The notes: generated by a model not told the origin, from the letters alone. A stretch of DNA of 64,000 bases from Aureliella sp. (GCA_963691875.1 OY829846.1:480001-544000), one strand, 5' to 3'; shown: positions 42,674 to 54,614, counted from the stretch's first letter. Translations and numbers: made by a program.

Positions 42674-43726
42674 ATGAAAGCTCTGATTACGGGAGGAGCA
42701 GGATTCATTGGCTCGAATCTAGTTCGCTACCTGATCCACAATGAAAATTGTACGGTTCTGAATTTCGATGCATTAACGTACGCTGGAAATCTCGCTTCGC
42801 TTTCGGATTTAGCCGAACATCCGCAGTACAAGTTCATTCAGGGCGACATCCGAAATCCCGTCGCGATTGCTGGGGCACTAACGGAGTTTCAACCTGATGT
42901 CGTCATGCATTTGGCAGCGGAGAGTCATGTCGACAGGTCGATTTCAAATCCGAATATGTTTGTGGAAACAAACGTGCTTGGCACCTGCAATATGCTCAAC
43001 GCGTCGCTGGAGTATTGGCAACAGTTAGCACCAGACCAAAAAGCGGGATTTCGTTTTTTACATGTATCTACCGATGAAGTCTTTGGTTCGCTTGGCGAAA
43101 CTGGCCTGTTCGATGAGACGACTAATTATGACCCGAGGTCTCCTTATTCGGCAAGTAAGGCGTCATCAGATCATCTCGTGCGTGCTTGGCATCACACGTA
43201 TGGTTTACCAACGCTCATCACCAACTGCTCTAACAATTACGGTCCTTTTCAATTCCCAGAAAAACTGATCCCAGTGGTGATTCTGAAGTGTATTCGAGAA
43301 GAAGAAATTCCAGTCTATGGCAAAGGGGACAATGTTCGGGATTGGCTTTTCGTTCGCGACCACTGCTCAGCTCTGTGGACCGTCGCAAACAAAGGCAAGT
43401 CTGGAGAAACATACGCCATCGGCGGGAATAATGAACTTCGTAATATCGATTTGGTGAATCTCATCTGTGAAAAACTCGATGGACTACGCCCCCGCCGCAA
43501 TGGCAAGAGCTACCAAGAGCTCATTGCGTTTGTGAAAGATCGTCCTGGCCATGACAAGCGCTATGCTATCGACGCCACGAAAATTCGTGATGAACTGTGT
43601 TGGCAGCCCACTCTTGATACGGCGCAAACGTTTGAGAACACCATTGTCTGGTACTTAGAAAATGAGGCCTGGTGGCAAGCGATACTCAGTGGGAATTATC
43701 GACTCGAGCGGCAGGGGATTGTGTAA
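42674..43726 (+). CDS. rfbB: dTDP-glucose 4,6-dehydratase
   Basis: ITGGAGFIG, LTYAGN, HLAAESHVDRSI, HVSTDEV, SPYSASKA, DRPGHDKRYAID. Start at ATG 42674. Confidence 0.96.
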   Translation: MKALITGGAGFIGSNLVRYLIHNENCTVLNFDALTYAGNLASLSDLAEHPQYKFIQGDIRNPVAIAGALTEFQPDVVMHLAAESHVDRSISNPNMFVETNVLGTCNMLNASLEYWQQLAPDQKAGFRFLHVSTDEVFGSLGETGLFDETTNYDPRSPYSASKASSDHLVRAWHHTYGLPTLITNCSNNYGPFQFPEKLIPVVILKCIREEEIPVYGKGDNVRDWLFVRDHCSALWTVANKGKSGETYAIGGNNELRNIDLVNLICEKLDGLRPRRNGKSYQELIAFVKDRPGHDKRYAIDATKIRDELCWQPTLDTAQTFENTIVWYLENEAWWQAILSGNYRLERQGIV

Positions 43727-43727
43727 A

Positions 43728-44597
43728 ATGGTGATTATTCTCGGAGCTAGAGGATATGTGGGCAACGCATTTTGCCGCATGTTTGATGCGCAGTCGCTGA
43801 CTTATCAACCTGTTTCACGGAAAGACATAAATTACACCTGTGCAGATACGCTCTACAAATTTCTGAAAGAATGCAAACCGGACTTCTTGATTAATTGCGC
43901 TGGTTACACGGGAAAACCCAATGTCGATGCGTGCGAAATGCATAAGGCAGAGTGTTTAGCCGGCAATGCCGTTTTACCTGGAACGATTCGTAAAGCCTGC
44001 GAGCGACTTGACTTAGCTTGGGGGCACGTATCTTCAGGCTGCATCTTTACTGGAGCGCACCGGGACGGTTCCGGCTTTTGTGAAACCGACCCGCCCAACT
44101 TCAGCTTCAGAACTGACAATTGCAGCTTTTATTCCGGTACTAAAGCACTGGGTGAGGAAGTCTTGGCAGACAGCCCTAAAACCTACGTTTGGCGACTGCG
44201 AATACCCTTCGATAATCAAGATAGCCCACGCAATTACCTGGCTAAATTGATCAATTACAAATGCTTGCTCCAGGCAAGAAATTCAATCTCGCACCTTGAC
44301 GAGTTCGTCCGCGCGTGTTGGCACACCTGGGCAGTGGGGGCTGATTGCGGGATCTACAACGTTACGAACCCAGGTGCGGTGGACACCCGTCAAGTGGTTG
44401 GTCTGATTAAGAAGCATTTGCTACCTGATCGCCAATTTAAGTTTTTTGAGACGGAAGAAGAATTCATGAATGTCGCGGCTAAAACACCTAGGTCCAATTG
44501 CGTTTTAGACCCTACGCGAATTTTGGATACGGGTGCACAATTGTCGACGGCCGTGGATGCAATTGAAACGTCCCTGCGGGATTGGGAGAGAGCATGA
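43728..44597 (+). CDS. NDP-4-keto-6-deoxyhexose reductase, resembling bifunctional NRS/ER-type 3,5-epimerase/4-reductase
   Basis: [67 protein letters not shown]. Confidence 0.8.
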   Translation: MVIILGARGYVGNAFCRMFDAQSLTYQPVSRKDINYTCADTLYKFLKECKPDFLINCAGYTGKPNVDACEMHKAECLAGNAVLPGTIRKACERLDLAWGHVSSGCIFTGAHRDGSGFCETDPPNFSFRTDNCSFYSGTKALGEEVLADSPKTYVWRLRIPFDNQDSPRNYLAKLINYKCLLQARNSISHLDEFVRACWHTWAVGADCGIYNVTNPGAVDTRQVVGLIKKHLLPDRQFKFFETEEEFMNVAAKTPRSNCVLDPTRILDTGAQLSTAVDAIETSLRDWERA

Positions 44598-45481
44598 GCG
44601 ATAACGACAGAAAAGGTATCATCCTTGCAGGCGGTAGTGGGAGTCGTTTGCACCCTATAACGCGTGCTGTGAGTAAGCAGTTGATGCCGATCTATGATAA
44701 GCCGATGATCTACTACCCGCTCTCAACTCTGATGCTTGCTGGGATTCGTAATGTTCTCATCATTTCAACACCAAGTGATTTACCACAGTTTCGACGGTTG
44801 CTAGGTGACGGTCGTCAGTGGGGCATCGAGATTTCGTATGCTGAACAACCTAGTCCTGATGGACTGGCACAGGCGTTCATTATTGGCGAGGAATTCATCG
44901 GTGACTCACCCGTCGCTTTAGTTTTGGGAGACAATATCTTTTACGGGCAAGGATTCGCAAAAACTCTGGGAGAGGTTTCGCAACGAACAGGTGGTGCAAC
45001 TATCTTTGGCTACAAAGTGAGTGATCCGGAACGCTATGGCGTTGTGGAATTTGATGCAGCGGGGCGTGCAGTTTCATTGGTTGAGAAACCAACCAACCCG
45101 GTCTCCGACTTCGCCATACCGGGGCTTTACTTCTACGATAATGACGTTGTCAGGCTAGCGAAGGATTTGAAGCCCTCACCGCGCGGAGAACTGGAAATTA
45201 CGGACATCAATCAGATCTACCTCGATCGTGGTAAACTACTGGTTGAACCTTTATCCCGAGGATTTGCGTGGCTCGATACCGGTACAAAGGATTCTCTGTT
45301 AGATGCCTGTAACTTTGTCGCCGCGGTCGAAAAGAGACAGGGACTGAAAATTGCATGCCTAGAAGAGATTGCATTCAGCCAGAGATTCATCTCTAGCGAT
45401 AGCCTTGCGACGCTTAGTAGAGAATATAAGAACGACTACGGGCAATACCTTCTGAAGATCGTTGAGCAAGAAACCCAGTGA
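44594..45481 (+). CDS. rfbA: Glucose-1-phosphate thymidylyltransferase
   Basis: [53 protein letters not shown]. Confidence 0.96.
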   Translation: MSDNDRKGIILAGGSGSRLHPITRAVSKQLMPIYDKPMIYYPLSTLMLAGIRNVLIISTPSDLPQFRRLLGDGRQWGIEISYAEQPSPDGLAQAFIIGEEFIGDSPVALVLGDNIFYGQGFAKTLGEVSQRTGGATIFGYKVSDPERYGVVEFDAAGRAVSLVEKPTNPVSDFAIPGLYFYDNDVVRLAKDLKPSPRGELEITDINQIYLDRGKLLVEPLSRGFAWLDTGTKDSLLDACNFVAAVEKRQGLKIACLEEIAFSQRFISSDSLATLSREYKNDYGQYLLKIVEQETQ

Positions 45482-46061
45482 CCCGCGGCTGAACTTCCGA
45501 TCAAATCGGGAGTCCAACCTTAGTTCCTCAGATTCAACTACCTTGGCATTGAGATGCCTCGATAAGTATCAAGAGTCGCATACTCTAGTTGGAGTCTGAG
45601 ACCAGGGAATGGGTCTGGCGAGCCGCGGACAAAGGAACGATCAGTTGATCAAGATCGTTCTTTGCAAAACAAGTCACCACCGATTGTTCCATCGAAATGG
45701 AAGGCAAAGTACGCACCGCGGCGAGGGCCTTCACCGACCAGGTGTCCTAATAGCCATGCGCTCCGCAATATCATCGACTCTAGTGTAGCCGCATCTACGG
45801 GTGAAGCCCTACCTCATTTCGATTCGCTCGTCGGTCAGGATTGTGGTTTTATCGTCATGGAAATTCAACGAGCTGCGTCTCGGAGGGGATATTTCCGTCG
45901 TGCAGACAGTGGATTCTGCGCATAACCGCTCTCGCCCACCCATTTGTTCATGTCAACCGAAACAGATGACCTAGGCTAGATATCCTCGTAGGAACAAGAT
46001 TGTTTCGAACTTTGTTACAACCAGACTGCCGCTTCCAGATTTCTAATTCAGCGGGCACGAA

Positions 46062-46436
46062 TTAGTCGACGTCTATGACTCCCAATCTACTCAAAGTCAT
46101 CAAAACGAAGACTAGAATCGGGATTGCCGTCAAACCAAATGCGAAGCAGCCGAGCGAAACGGGAACTACCTGTCGACTTCTCCCTAAAGCGATTGCAAGC
46201 GGAATCCCGAGTGCAACGAACAGTAACGCAATAGCAATTAGCATGAGGGCATCTGATAATTGGGCTTCGGCGATTGTATGAACGCCCTGCTGTAGTTTCG
46301 CTACTCCTTGAAAGATGCATATGATCCATGCCCAAAGTGCAGTGTAAGCAAGCACGCTCGCGAGCGTAACTCTTCGTCCACCAACTGCCTTCTGCCGCCT
46401 TTTGGTTTTGCCACTTGCTTGTCCGTCGATTGTCAT
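46062..46436 (-). CDS. Small membrane protein, unknown function
   Basis: Three hydrophobic segments; isolated ORF. Confidence 0.55.
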   Translation of the reverse strand: MTIDGQASGKTKRRQKAVGGRRVTLASVLAYTALWAWIICIFQGVAKLQQGVHTIAEAQLSDALMLIAIALLFVALGIPLAIALGRSRQVVPVSLGCFAFGLTAIPILVFVLMTLSRLGVIDVD

Positions 46437-46886
46437 TGAGTCTTAGTCTGAATTGAGTGCTTCGGAAATGAACTAACGGTTACTGGACCGAATTATTTGG
46501 CTGTTTCCTTTCCCGTCGATTTTATTGCGATTTTGATGCTAGGTTTGTTTCGCTTGCCGCCCGATACGTAAAGACAAAGGCGGCAATCGTGCGCGAGCTA
46601 CGACATGTAACATCCTCCTCCTTTCCGAGATGAACTGCTCGTGAAATGGTCCGGACAGCGAGCACATTTAGGATAGGCACGATCCAAAGAATTGGTATTG
46701 ATCTCAAGGTCTTCGTTGCATGCGACAATGGTTAGGTCTCACTGACTTTAATTCTCCTTTGGCTTTGTCTGCGGGAGGATGGCAAGCACTTGACGCGGCC
46801 AGTCTCTTTATTGGAACGATCGGTGGCTGCGAAATATGATCCTGACGAATTCCCCTCCCACCCCCAAAGAACGAGGGATGTCGCCC

Positions 46887-49800
46887 TCAAAGGGTCTTCA
46901 GATACGCAACCAAGTCGCGAACCTGTCGCAGATTCAGAATCGATTTCGGGTCTGGCATAGCGGTCGTCGGCTTAGTTTGTGTCGCGATATCCGACCGGGC
47001 AATGACTTTGGTAGAACTGTCGGGGAGTCGCAGCTTTACTTCGGTCTCAGATTCAGCTGCTAGCACACCTTGAATTGTGTTGCCATCGGTCAGCAGGATA
47101 TTGACCGTACCATAGCCCGCCACGATCTTGGCAGTTGGATCGATGATTGACTGCAGGAGATACTTACGATCCTGTTGCTTGCCTATGCCTTCCAAGCTGG
47201 GCCCAACCTGTTTATCGGTGGCTTTCAAGGCATGGCATTTCGAGCATTGCAACTCTGTGTTGAACCGAAATAGTTGCCCGCCAACGCGAGGATCGCCACC
47301 GTGCAGTGCCGCCGAATACCGATCGAGGAGATCTCCGGAAGCGAGTTTGGCTTGATATGCTTTGAGCTTGTTATCGATGTTTGAATCAAGTCCCGCACAA
47401 ATGGCAGCAACTGCCAGCACCTCCAATTTGACCTCAGGTAAAATCTCGCCGTTGGCCAATTCGTCCAGTAACTGATGGACGATTGAGACTTTCGAAGACA
47501 TCGTCGGTACCAGTTCGATCGCACGCTGCAGCTCTTGCGGATGACGTGATTGCTTGAGCGTTTGCAACAGATAGGATTCGACGGCCTCGTCGGCCAATGA
47601 TGCTTTTCTCAGCCTTGCAGCCGCATTTGCCCTAACGAGCGGGGAGTCACTGGAAAGCAGCTTTACTCCCGTCGCAGCGAACATTTCCGGATCGCTGTGT
47701 TGCAGCCAGTCCAACCAGCCAACTCGGATTGACTCTTGCTGATTCTCATCGAGTACGTATCGGTTTGCACGTTCCTTCTCCTCTGCTGTTGGTTGGATAC
47801 GTTTCAGCAATGTTATCGCGAGCTGAGAGACTTTATCGTCCTTGCTGCCTGTCAGAGTCCAGAGGTTTGCACCGATCGCATTTCGTAATGCTGCCCGACG
47901 TCCTTCATTTAGGGGAAAATACCGACCGTCCACGGGATCTAGCATCAATCGATCTTGCCAAGTCTGCAACGCATATAACGCCTCCAGTTGGATCGTCGAG
48001 TCGATTTGCGGTGACTTCAACAGCTCAACGATCCGCTTCGCCGCGCTTTCGGTACCAAGGCGACGATTCGCCGCGATCGCGCGAACATTGACCGGTGTCG
48101 GTTGGTTTGCGCCGAGCTGTAATGACAATTGCTGCAGGATTTCAGGATGTTTGCTAAACGTATCTGGGACTGCTTCGTCATAGATGGCGCGAAAAGCATC
48201 CGACCTGATTTGCGATGATTCATCCTGCAGAAAGTTGGTTAGTTGCTGTGTTGCCCCCTTGCGTCGTAGTGCGCTGACTGCAGCAATTCGTACTGCCTCC
48301 GACGGATGCTTTGCAAGCTGCTGTAACGCCGATGCAGTCGTTGTGCCAGCCAGCCCGATCACTCCTGCATGTCGTAGTACCGGCTGCTCGTCATTCGCTT
48401 CTTCTAGTAATGCGCAGAGAGACTCAAAGGCGTCTTTGCTTCGCAGATTGCCACATGCGATGGCAGCGTGCATTCGAACGCGGGGCGATTCGTCCTTCAA
48501 TAGAGTGGGGATCAGGTTATTGGGATCGAAACGAAGATCGCCGGACCATCGCGCAGTTTGAGCGCGTATTTCAGCGTTCCCATCGGCGCATAAGTCTGCA
48601 AGTAGCTTCGTATCCTTGTGTTCCAGCTGACCGAGCGCCCACAGACAGTGCAGACGGGGCAGCAGTTTTGCCTGTCGATCAACAACTAATTCCTCGAGTA
48701 CTTCAACCTGCCGCCGCTCTACCAGTTCAAACTGTGCTTGCTGACGTATGCGACGATCAGAATGCGCTAATAGCCTCAGGAGTTCTTCCACCGACTGCAG
48801 TTTGATTCGGCCGGCGAGCAACTCGTTCACGTCCTTGGTTTGCGAATTGGCTTCCCCCTGCAAAGCCCATAGCTGACTCCGCTCGCCTGCCGGCCGCCAC
48901 AGAGTGAAGTACATTCGACCGTCGGGGCCGATTGTCGAAGTGAGCACTTGGCTGCCTAATGCCCCAACAACAACTTCGTTGCCTTCGCGCTTAAAGCTCG
49001 CCCCGTCGGCGACCATTCTGAATGCGCGAATCTCTCCTTTGAGACCCACTAAGAAATGGCCAGAATACTTTCCGCCAAGCGCAGCACCTGGCTGAAAGGA
49101 AAAAGCTGCCGGTGCATTCCAGCTGTTCTCGATCGGTGGCAGAATGTGCGACGGTTGCCCTTTGTGAAAAGGAATCCACATCTTTTCATTCAGCCAAGGA
49201 TTATACATGTCAGGACGTGTCGCGTTAGTAAGTCCAGTGTCTTGGCGATATTGGTAATACATCCGCCAACCTGAATCTGAACCTTCGGGCAAATAAACAA
49301 GGCGTTCGCTTTCTCCTTGAAAGTCGGCGTCGTGGTCGATTGAAAACAGATTTCCATAGTCATCAAAATCAATGTACTGGCAGTTGCGCAAACCGTACGC
49401 AAATAATTCCAACTCCGTACCGTCGGGATTGCTGCGCAAAATACAACCGGAGTGTGGGTTTCTAACTGTGCGACCATCTTTTGAGACTACGTTCGCACCT
49501 CGATCTCCCATACTCCAGTACAGCTTTCCGTCATAACCTTGGATTACACTATGTAGATCGTGATTGCCATAGCCAATGTGCGGTGCAAAGCCATGCGCAA
49601 CACTTTCACGATGGTCGGCTTTCCCATCACCGTTGGTATCGGTCAGTTTCCAGAGATCTGGAATGATCGTTGCGTAGACGTCGCCATTGATCGGTGCCAC
49701 GCTATGGGCGACGCCGGTGATAATGCTGTTGAAGCCATCGGCGAAAAGCGTGGCCTGGTCATAGACTCCGTCATCATCGGCATCCTGCAGTGTGTAGATT

Positions 49801-50255
49801 TTCTCACTGCGGACCTGCAAATCATCCTTGTCAATATCGCCGTCCTTATCAAAGTCTAATATGGACTGGCGTTTAGCCATTTCGGAAGAAAAATACGCCT
49901 CAATGAATTGGCGTTTCGATTGGGTCGAGGTTAACCCCATGCACTGTTCCTGCAAGAAACGCGATTGTACCTTGACGCGACCGGATTGGATCAGGCTAAT
50001 TTCCTCCCTCATTTGTCGTTGGGTCTCCGTGACATAGACCGTGCCGTCTACGTCGACTCCAACGCCGAGAATGGGGAACGGCATCGATTGGCGAGCCATG
50101 ATGGGTACCGCCTTCAGGCCTCGTTGTCCGTTGAGTGTTCCAGGGATCCGTTCCTCATCGGCCGCCGAGATCGGGAGCGTCACAAAACAGATTATGAACA
50201 ACCACAGATTTCGCCTTATAAATGGACTCATCGTAAACATTCCAAGCTTTATCAA
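46887..50255 (-). CDS. PVC-type heme-binding CxxCH protein (beta-propeller dehydrogenase-like + HEAT repeats + cytochrome c)
   Basis: Signal peptide; DGKLYWSMGD, GLRN, HEAT-like repeats, GGD...G..LF...QCSKCH, GPSLEG, SIIDP, AMP. Start uncertain. Confidence 0.9.
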   Translation of the reverse strand: MIKLGMFTMSPFIRRNLWLFIICFVTLPISAADEERIPGTLNGQRGLKAVPIMARQSMPFPILGVGVDVDGTVYVTETQRQMREEISLIQSGRVKVQSRFLQEQCMGLTSTQSKRQFIEAYFSSEMAKRQSILDFDKDGDIDKDDLQVRSEKIYTLQDADDDGVYDQATLFADGFNSIITGVAHSVAPINGDVYATIIPDLWKLTDTNGDGKADHRESVAHGFAPHIGYGNHDLHSVIQGYDGKLYWSMGDRGANVVSKDGRTVRNPHSGCILRSNPDGTELELFAYGLRNCQYIDFDDYGNLFSIDHDADFQGESERLVYLPEGSDSGWRMYYQYRQDTGLTNATRPDMYNPWLNEKMWIPFHKGQPSHILPPIENSWNAPAAFSFQPGAALGGKYSGHFLVGLKGEIRAFRMVADGASFKREGNEVVVGALGSQVLTSTIGPDGRMYFTLWRPAGERSQLWALQGEANSQTKDVNELLAGRIKLQSVEELLRLLAHSDRRIRQQAQFELVERRQVEVLEELVVDRQAKLLPRLHCLWALGQLEHKDTKLLADLCADGNAEIRAQTARWSGDLRFDPNNLIPTLLKDESPRVRMHAAIACGNLRSKDAFESLCALLEEANDEQPVLRHAGVIGLAGTTTASALQQLAKHPSEAVRIAAVSALRRKGATQQLTNFLQDESSQIRSDAFRAIYDEAVPDTFSKHPEILQQLSLQLGANQPTPVNVRAIAANRRLGTESAAKRIVELLKSPQIDSTIQLEALYALQTWQDRLMLDPVDGRYFPLNEGRRAALRNAIGANLWTLTGSKDDKVSQLAITLLKRIQPTAEEKERANRYVLDENQQESIRVGWLDWLQHSDPEMFAATGVKLLSSDSPLVRANAAARLRKASLADEAVESYLLQTLKQSRHPQELQRAIELVPTMSSKVSIVHQLLDELANGEILPEVKLEVLAVAAICAGLDSNIDNKLKAYQAKLASGDLLDRYSAALHGGDPRVGGQLFRFNTELQCSKCHALKATDKQVGPSLEGIGKQQDRKYLLQSIIDPTAKIVAGYGTVNILLTDGNTIQGVLAAESETEVKLRLPDSSTKVIARSDIATQTKPTTAMPDPKSILNLRQVRDLVAYLKTL

Positions 50256-51009
50256 AAAAAAAGGAAATGCTGCTCGAACACCTCACGGTCAGATGGGTGC
50301 TGGGAAAGCAATCGATAACAACTTTTAAAGGTAGAATCCGCTATTTCCGCACATTGCGGCAGACCTCTGAACTGCGATTGTAAAGTAGTGAACTAAGTCC
50401 AAATTCAAAACAAGGAATAGCACTTGGAAAAGAGAAATCTAGATGCGGAATTCCATGTAAGGTTCCCTGCCGGGAAGCGAGGAATTCTTTGAACTCTACC
50501 TCAGTGAAGTCAGTCACGAGCTATGCAATGGACGGGCAGCTTTGATGGCTTAAATCAGGACGCCTACTTGAGCCACAGAGACTGTAGCACGCCCAACAAA
50601 GCGACGGACAGACAACACGCTGGAGCCATCTGGCTGAGTAATTAGCTGCAATCCCGTCGTAGTCGGGGCGATTTCCACCAGCGTTTATGAGTCGAGGACC
50701 AGCAAGTCATTTCGGCCAGCTCATTTGGTTAAAGTATCAGATTTTTAGTCTGAGTGTAGAGGATTCTATTCCCGAACTTGAAACATGACTGGAAAGCTAC
50801 CTCGGTTCCGGAAACATCCTCTCTTACTGTTAACTAATCACGGACATGCTAGAGAAAGCACTTTTGTTTGGCGGTAAAGCACCTCACCAGCTCGACATTT
50901 TATCTTTGGACTTACAAATCGATGAAGGCGTTAATTACATTGAAACGGGGGGCATGCCGGAAGCACCTGCGGAATTTGGCTGCGTCTCTGTGGATTGTTC
51001 TCGTACAGG

Positions 51010-51166
51010 GCGGCCAGAATTCCGCTATCGTGAGGCTGCCCCTGTCAAACTCCCTAGATTACGCCGTCCACTGCTCAGCCACGTACTTTTGCCGTTGCAT
51101 CGATTCTCCTCAGAAGAAACCCGAAGCGCACGCGATCTTTCGACCTGTGCCTCATCGGGCATTTAC
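51010..51166 (-). mobile_element. Possible IS66 left-end/TnpA remnant
   Basis: Begins GTAAATGCCCGATGAGG, then MQRQKYVAEQWTA*SREFDRGSLTIAEF. Confidence 0.45.
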
Positions 51167-51358
51167 CAATTGCCAGGTTTTTGAATCAGCTCTCCACGGA
51201 CCTCCAGGTTCATGACAAGTTTGTCTTTCATAACGGAATCCAACTGATCGCTCCGTCCTTGATGGAATGAAATACCCTCGTATGGCTGCCGGAAATCCAG
51301 CGTTGGTAAACGGAAAAAAGTTCGAAACGTATCAAGTTGGGGAGGGGCAGACAGATAC

Positions 51359-52732
51359 TCAATGAGTCGGATCTTGCCGTTTTGGCTGCAATGCTGTGGC
51401 AGGCTTCGTCCCGTTGTATTGAATCGCACCGATATCCCAGTTACCGGTCTTCGGCAATGGACGGCCTTCAAAGTCTGTTTGATAGAACTCGCTCAGGTTG
51501 ATCGCTTTACCCCGTAATGGGCTATCGACTTTGAGGTGAAAATCTTGTTCGTCGAGATCGACAAGGCCCGGATCGCCGCTTCCTGCCTGATTGCTGTCCC
51601 CCTGATATTTCGTGCTGGCGGATTGATATTTTGAATACCAATTCGCTGTTTTCAGGGCGCCGCGAGATCGATTGCCGGTATAAGGAGAGGACGAATAGAT
51701 AAACAGATTGTTCCTGAAGTGGGCCCCCGAAGGTTTGCCGACAGGGCTGCCTCCTCGAACATCAATCCTGGCGCAGGCATTCTGGGATCTACCGAATCCG
51801 TTGTATCTGGCAATCGTATTGTTATCAAAATAGATGCCATTGCATGGGGCCAACATGAACAGCCATGATTGTCCATCGTAACACACGTTGAAAGACACTC
51901 TCCAGTTATAGATTTCCTGTCGATATCGCGGCCAATCGTAATCCCAGCTGGATTCAATGAACCCGGCATTCCCTTCTGAATAGTTGTGATGAATATAAAT
52001 GTTTTTCTTATGAAATCTGCCGCAATCGATTTCGATAGCACCCCCGTCTGAACCCCAAGGGCTGTCCTTGGTGCCAAAGTTTTTAATTGTGTTGTATGAC
52101 ACTTCCTGGTTGCCGATGTTTAGGTGTATCCCCATCGGCCCCCAGCTGCTTTTCGACGTTCTCCACAGTGCATAACTTGGTCCATCCAGATAATTCTCTG
52201 TGATCAAGGTATGCTCGCCAGCTGACATGATGCCCTGGCCGGTCTTGATGAATTCATTGTTTCGGATAACGCAATGATTCGCACCGTGTTCAATACGGAG
52301 TGCGGCCAGTCTCGTCATGATGATCATCCCCGATACGTGCTCCCCTGGGGTGTCGTGAAAATGCAGGTGTTCTACGATGATATAGTCGCCGCCCAGGATC
52401 ATCGCGTTGCCGCTGGCATCACGGATCGTGGGATTGGTAAACTTGGGCAGCTCGCCCGTCCCGTAGGAAGTCAGTCTTATCGGCTTGGCAGCTGTGCCGG
52501 ATACACTAATACGAATACTTCCGGAGAAGGCAGACCCCTTCTTGAAGTGGATTACATCTCCTGGCGCCAGCGGTGCTGATTCTACTTTCGTATGCGACTT
52601 CCACGGATCGTGTATTGAGAAACCGTCATTACTATCGGATCCGTTAACAGAATCGATGTAATAATCAGCACCAGGGCAATGTGCGACTAGCATGCAGTAA
52701 AACAACAGAACAAGTGACGCGAAGTGTTTCAT
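51359..52732 (-). CDS. Secreted right-handed beta-helix (pectate lyase-like) protein with choice-of-anchor Q-like C-terminus
   Basis: Signal peptide; YYIDSVNGSDSNDG..PWKS, PGDVIHFKKG, DGGAIE, GDP..DFHL..SP, DFEG.P...WDIGAIQY. Confidence 0.82.
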   Translation of the reverse strand: MKHFASLVLLFYCMLVAHCPGADYYIDSVNGSDSNDGFSIHDPWKSHTKVESAPLAPGDVIHFKKGSAFSGSIRISVSGTAAKPIRLTSYGTGELPKFTNPTIRDASGNAMILGGDYIIVEHLHFHDTPGEHVSGMIIMTRLAALRIEHGANHCVIRNNEFIKTGQGIMSAGEHTLITENYLDGPSYALWRTSKSSWGPMGIHLNIGNQEVSYNTIKNFGTKDSPWGSDGGAIEIDCGRFHKKNIYIHHNYSEGNAGFIESSWDYDWPRYRQEIYNWRVSFNVCYDGQSWLFMLAPCNGIYFDNNTIARYNGFGRSQNACARIDVRGGSPVGKPSGAHFRNNLFIYSSSPYTGNRSRGALKTANWYSKYQSASTKYQGDSNQAGSGDPGLVDLDEQDFHLKVDSPLRGKAINLSEFYQTDFEGRPLPKTGNWDIGAIQYNGTKPATALQPKRQDPTH

Positions 52733-53201
52733 AGTATTAATCACCTGAACCACGAAGGATTTGATACCAATGTCGGTCAGTCCTATCATTGCTGAAAGGA
52801 CAAGAAAAGGGGGCAGGCGGCTTCATCCCCGTCGTGCGAAAGAATCGGCCAGTGTTTTGGGTTAAGATACTGCGCGGGACTGACCTTGTGGCTCCTAATC
52901 GCATGTACGATCTAATCGGACGTGCCATGTTTGTTGATACCCAACCCGTTTCTGCTAATAAGAAAGAAATTCCTGTTTCCGCTGTCATGTGGAATGTTTC
53001 GCAGATTGGATCTCCACACTTACGCGCGGCTGCACCGGTTCATTACCAATGAATGGAATGAAGTCTGCGCCTTGAGATTTGACGTAAAGATATTGAATTC
53101 TGCAGTCAGGCGGCTGCCGAAAGTAATCAAGTTCGGCCTGCCTAAAGGGGGAACGTATCGGTGGCGATTCGGTCCATGCATGACGAGGAGCTGCATTGAA
53201 G

Positions 53202-54044
53202 ATGGGATTTTCGATGTTACGAGCTGCCAAAGAATTGATCGTTTGGTCGTCAAAACTCGAGGCCAGTGTAGAAGTGGAGATCCAACAGGATCCACCAGGC
53301 CCAGCTCAGATGGAAGCGCTCGATCGTTTGCATCCCGATTTCGGAACTCTCTACAACGACCATAGTGGCTTATACGTCCGATGGGAACTTTCCCCGGAAT
53401 GCGAGGGCCGACTATGGATCTTGACGCCGGATGAACAACTGTGTCAAGCGTCCAAGTACTGGGATGACTTTTCCGACGATGAAGTTATTGAGACGGCAAT
53501 CAGAAAGCACAGCGATCCGGATATCTGGCTGCCAATTGCGCGCAGTCTTGTGCCGTTTTATGATTATGCGAACGGGAATCTATTATGCGTCAGTCAACTT
53601 GATCGAAAGGTCTACTTTCACGAGCATGGAGAGGGGGAGCTAATCGCCGTTTGCGACAACCTCATTGATTTTTACCGCGGTTGGTCCTTTGTGCGATACG
53701 CGGCCCCGTATGGATGGCGACATGTGGGGCGACTGGGTTTCTCGGAACAATTATTTGAGCTCCCAGATGAGCCTGCTGACCTAGATAATCCCATTCTGAA
53801 AGATATCTTGTTTCAAATAACACGCAAGCTTACCGCTCGTGAGGTGCGACAGTTTGAGAGCTACTTTCCATCGAATACAAACCTGGTTCAACTGAAAAAG
53901 CATCTGGAATCTGGAAATGAACTTACCCTTGTTCGCTGGAAAAGAGAGGATAATCTCGGTGAGCACCTTGCACTGTTAGATCGCATCGATGCCCGATACA
54001 GGGTGATCAATTCAAATTTCGGGCTGGGACTCCCAAATAAATGA
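53202..54044 (+). CDS. SMI1/KNR4 family protein with extra C-terminal domain
   Basis: LHPDFGTLY...LVPFYDYANGNLLC...VYFHEH...VCDNLIDF. Confidence 0.7.
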   Translation: MGFSMLRAAKELIVWSSKLEASVEVEIQQDPPGPAQMEALDRLHPDFGTLYNDHSGLYVRWELSPECEGRLWILTPDEQLCQASKYWDDFSDDEVIETAIRKHSDPDIWLPIARSLVPFYDYANGNLLCVSQLDRKVYFHEHGEGELIAVCDNLIDFYRGWSFVRYAAPYGWRHVGRLGFSEQLFELPDEPADLDNPILKDILFQITRKLTAREVRQFESYFPSNTNLVQLKKHLESGNELTLVRWKREDNLGEHLALLDRIDARYRVINSNFGLGLPNK

Positions 54045-54249
54045 CAACACGCCGTTGTTACGCACTCTGCTTGCTCTCCGCCACGTGCAAAAAGTCAGCT
54101 CTATCAATTATACGGCGGTGGCTCGAGTTATCTCGGAGAGTCGGCATTGCCTTCCGCTCACGTCGTATTCATGATAGTCGGCTCACACACGAGCACTTGA
54201 AGATTGAATTTTACGCTCGCACGATAGATCTTCTCAAACAGTGAAAGTT

Positions 54250-54614
54250 GCTGGGTGTTTCCTCCGTGTAGCTTGTTATTGCCTACACTGCCGTAGGCCA
54301 CGCAACGAATCCACGCGAGATCATTCTCGAAATCATCATCGAAACGATGAAAGACGACCGAGTCTACGCGGTCCGAGTCATACTTCGACTACATTTCGAA
54401 GATGAGGTTCCCGCCTTCATCTGTAACGCATAGTACAACGATAGGCATCGAAATCCCAATTAGCCCACAACGTCGATAGGTCATCCATGTCGGTGCCGAT
54501 AATCGCTAGGACTCCATCCTCCCAATCGATATCTTGAGCCGCACACTGATTCACGTTGAGGTTGGTGGTGATTGTTGCGAACAGCAGTGACGTCAGTGTT
54601 GACTGGGCGAACAT
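54250..54614 (-). pseudogene. Fragment of a secreted, possibly hemolysin-type Ca-binding protein
   Basis: Signal-like start, DGVLAIIGTDMDD; after a frameshift and a stop, DDDFEND...AYGSVGNNKLHGG (GGxGxDxLxGG-like). Confidence 0.4.
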
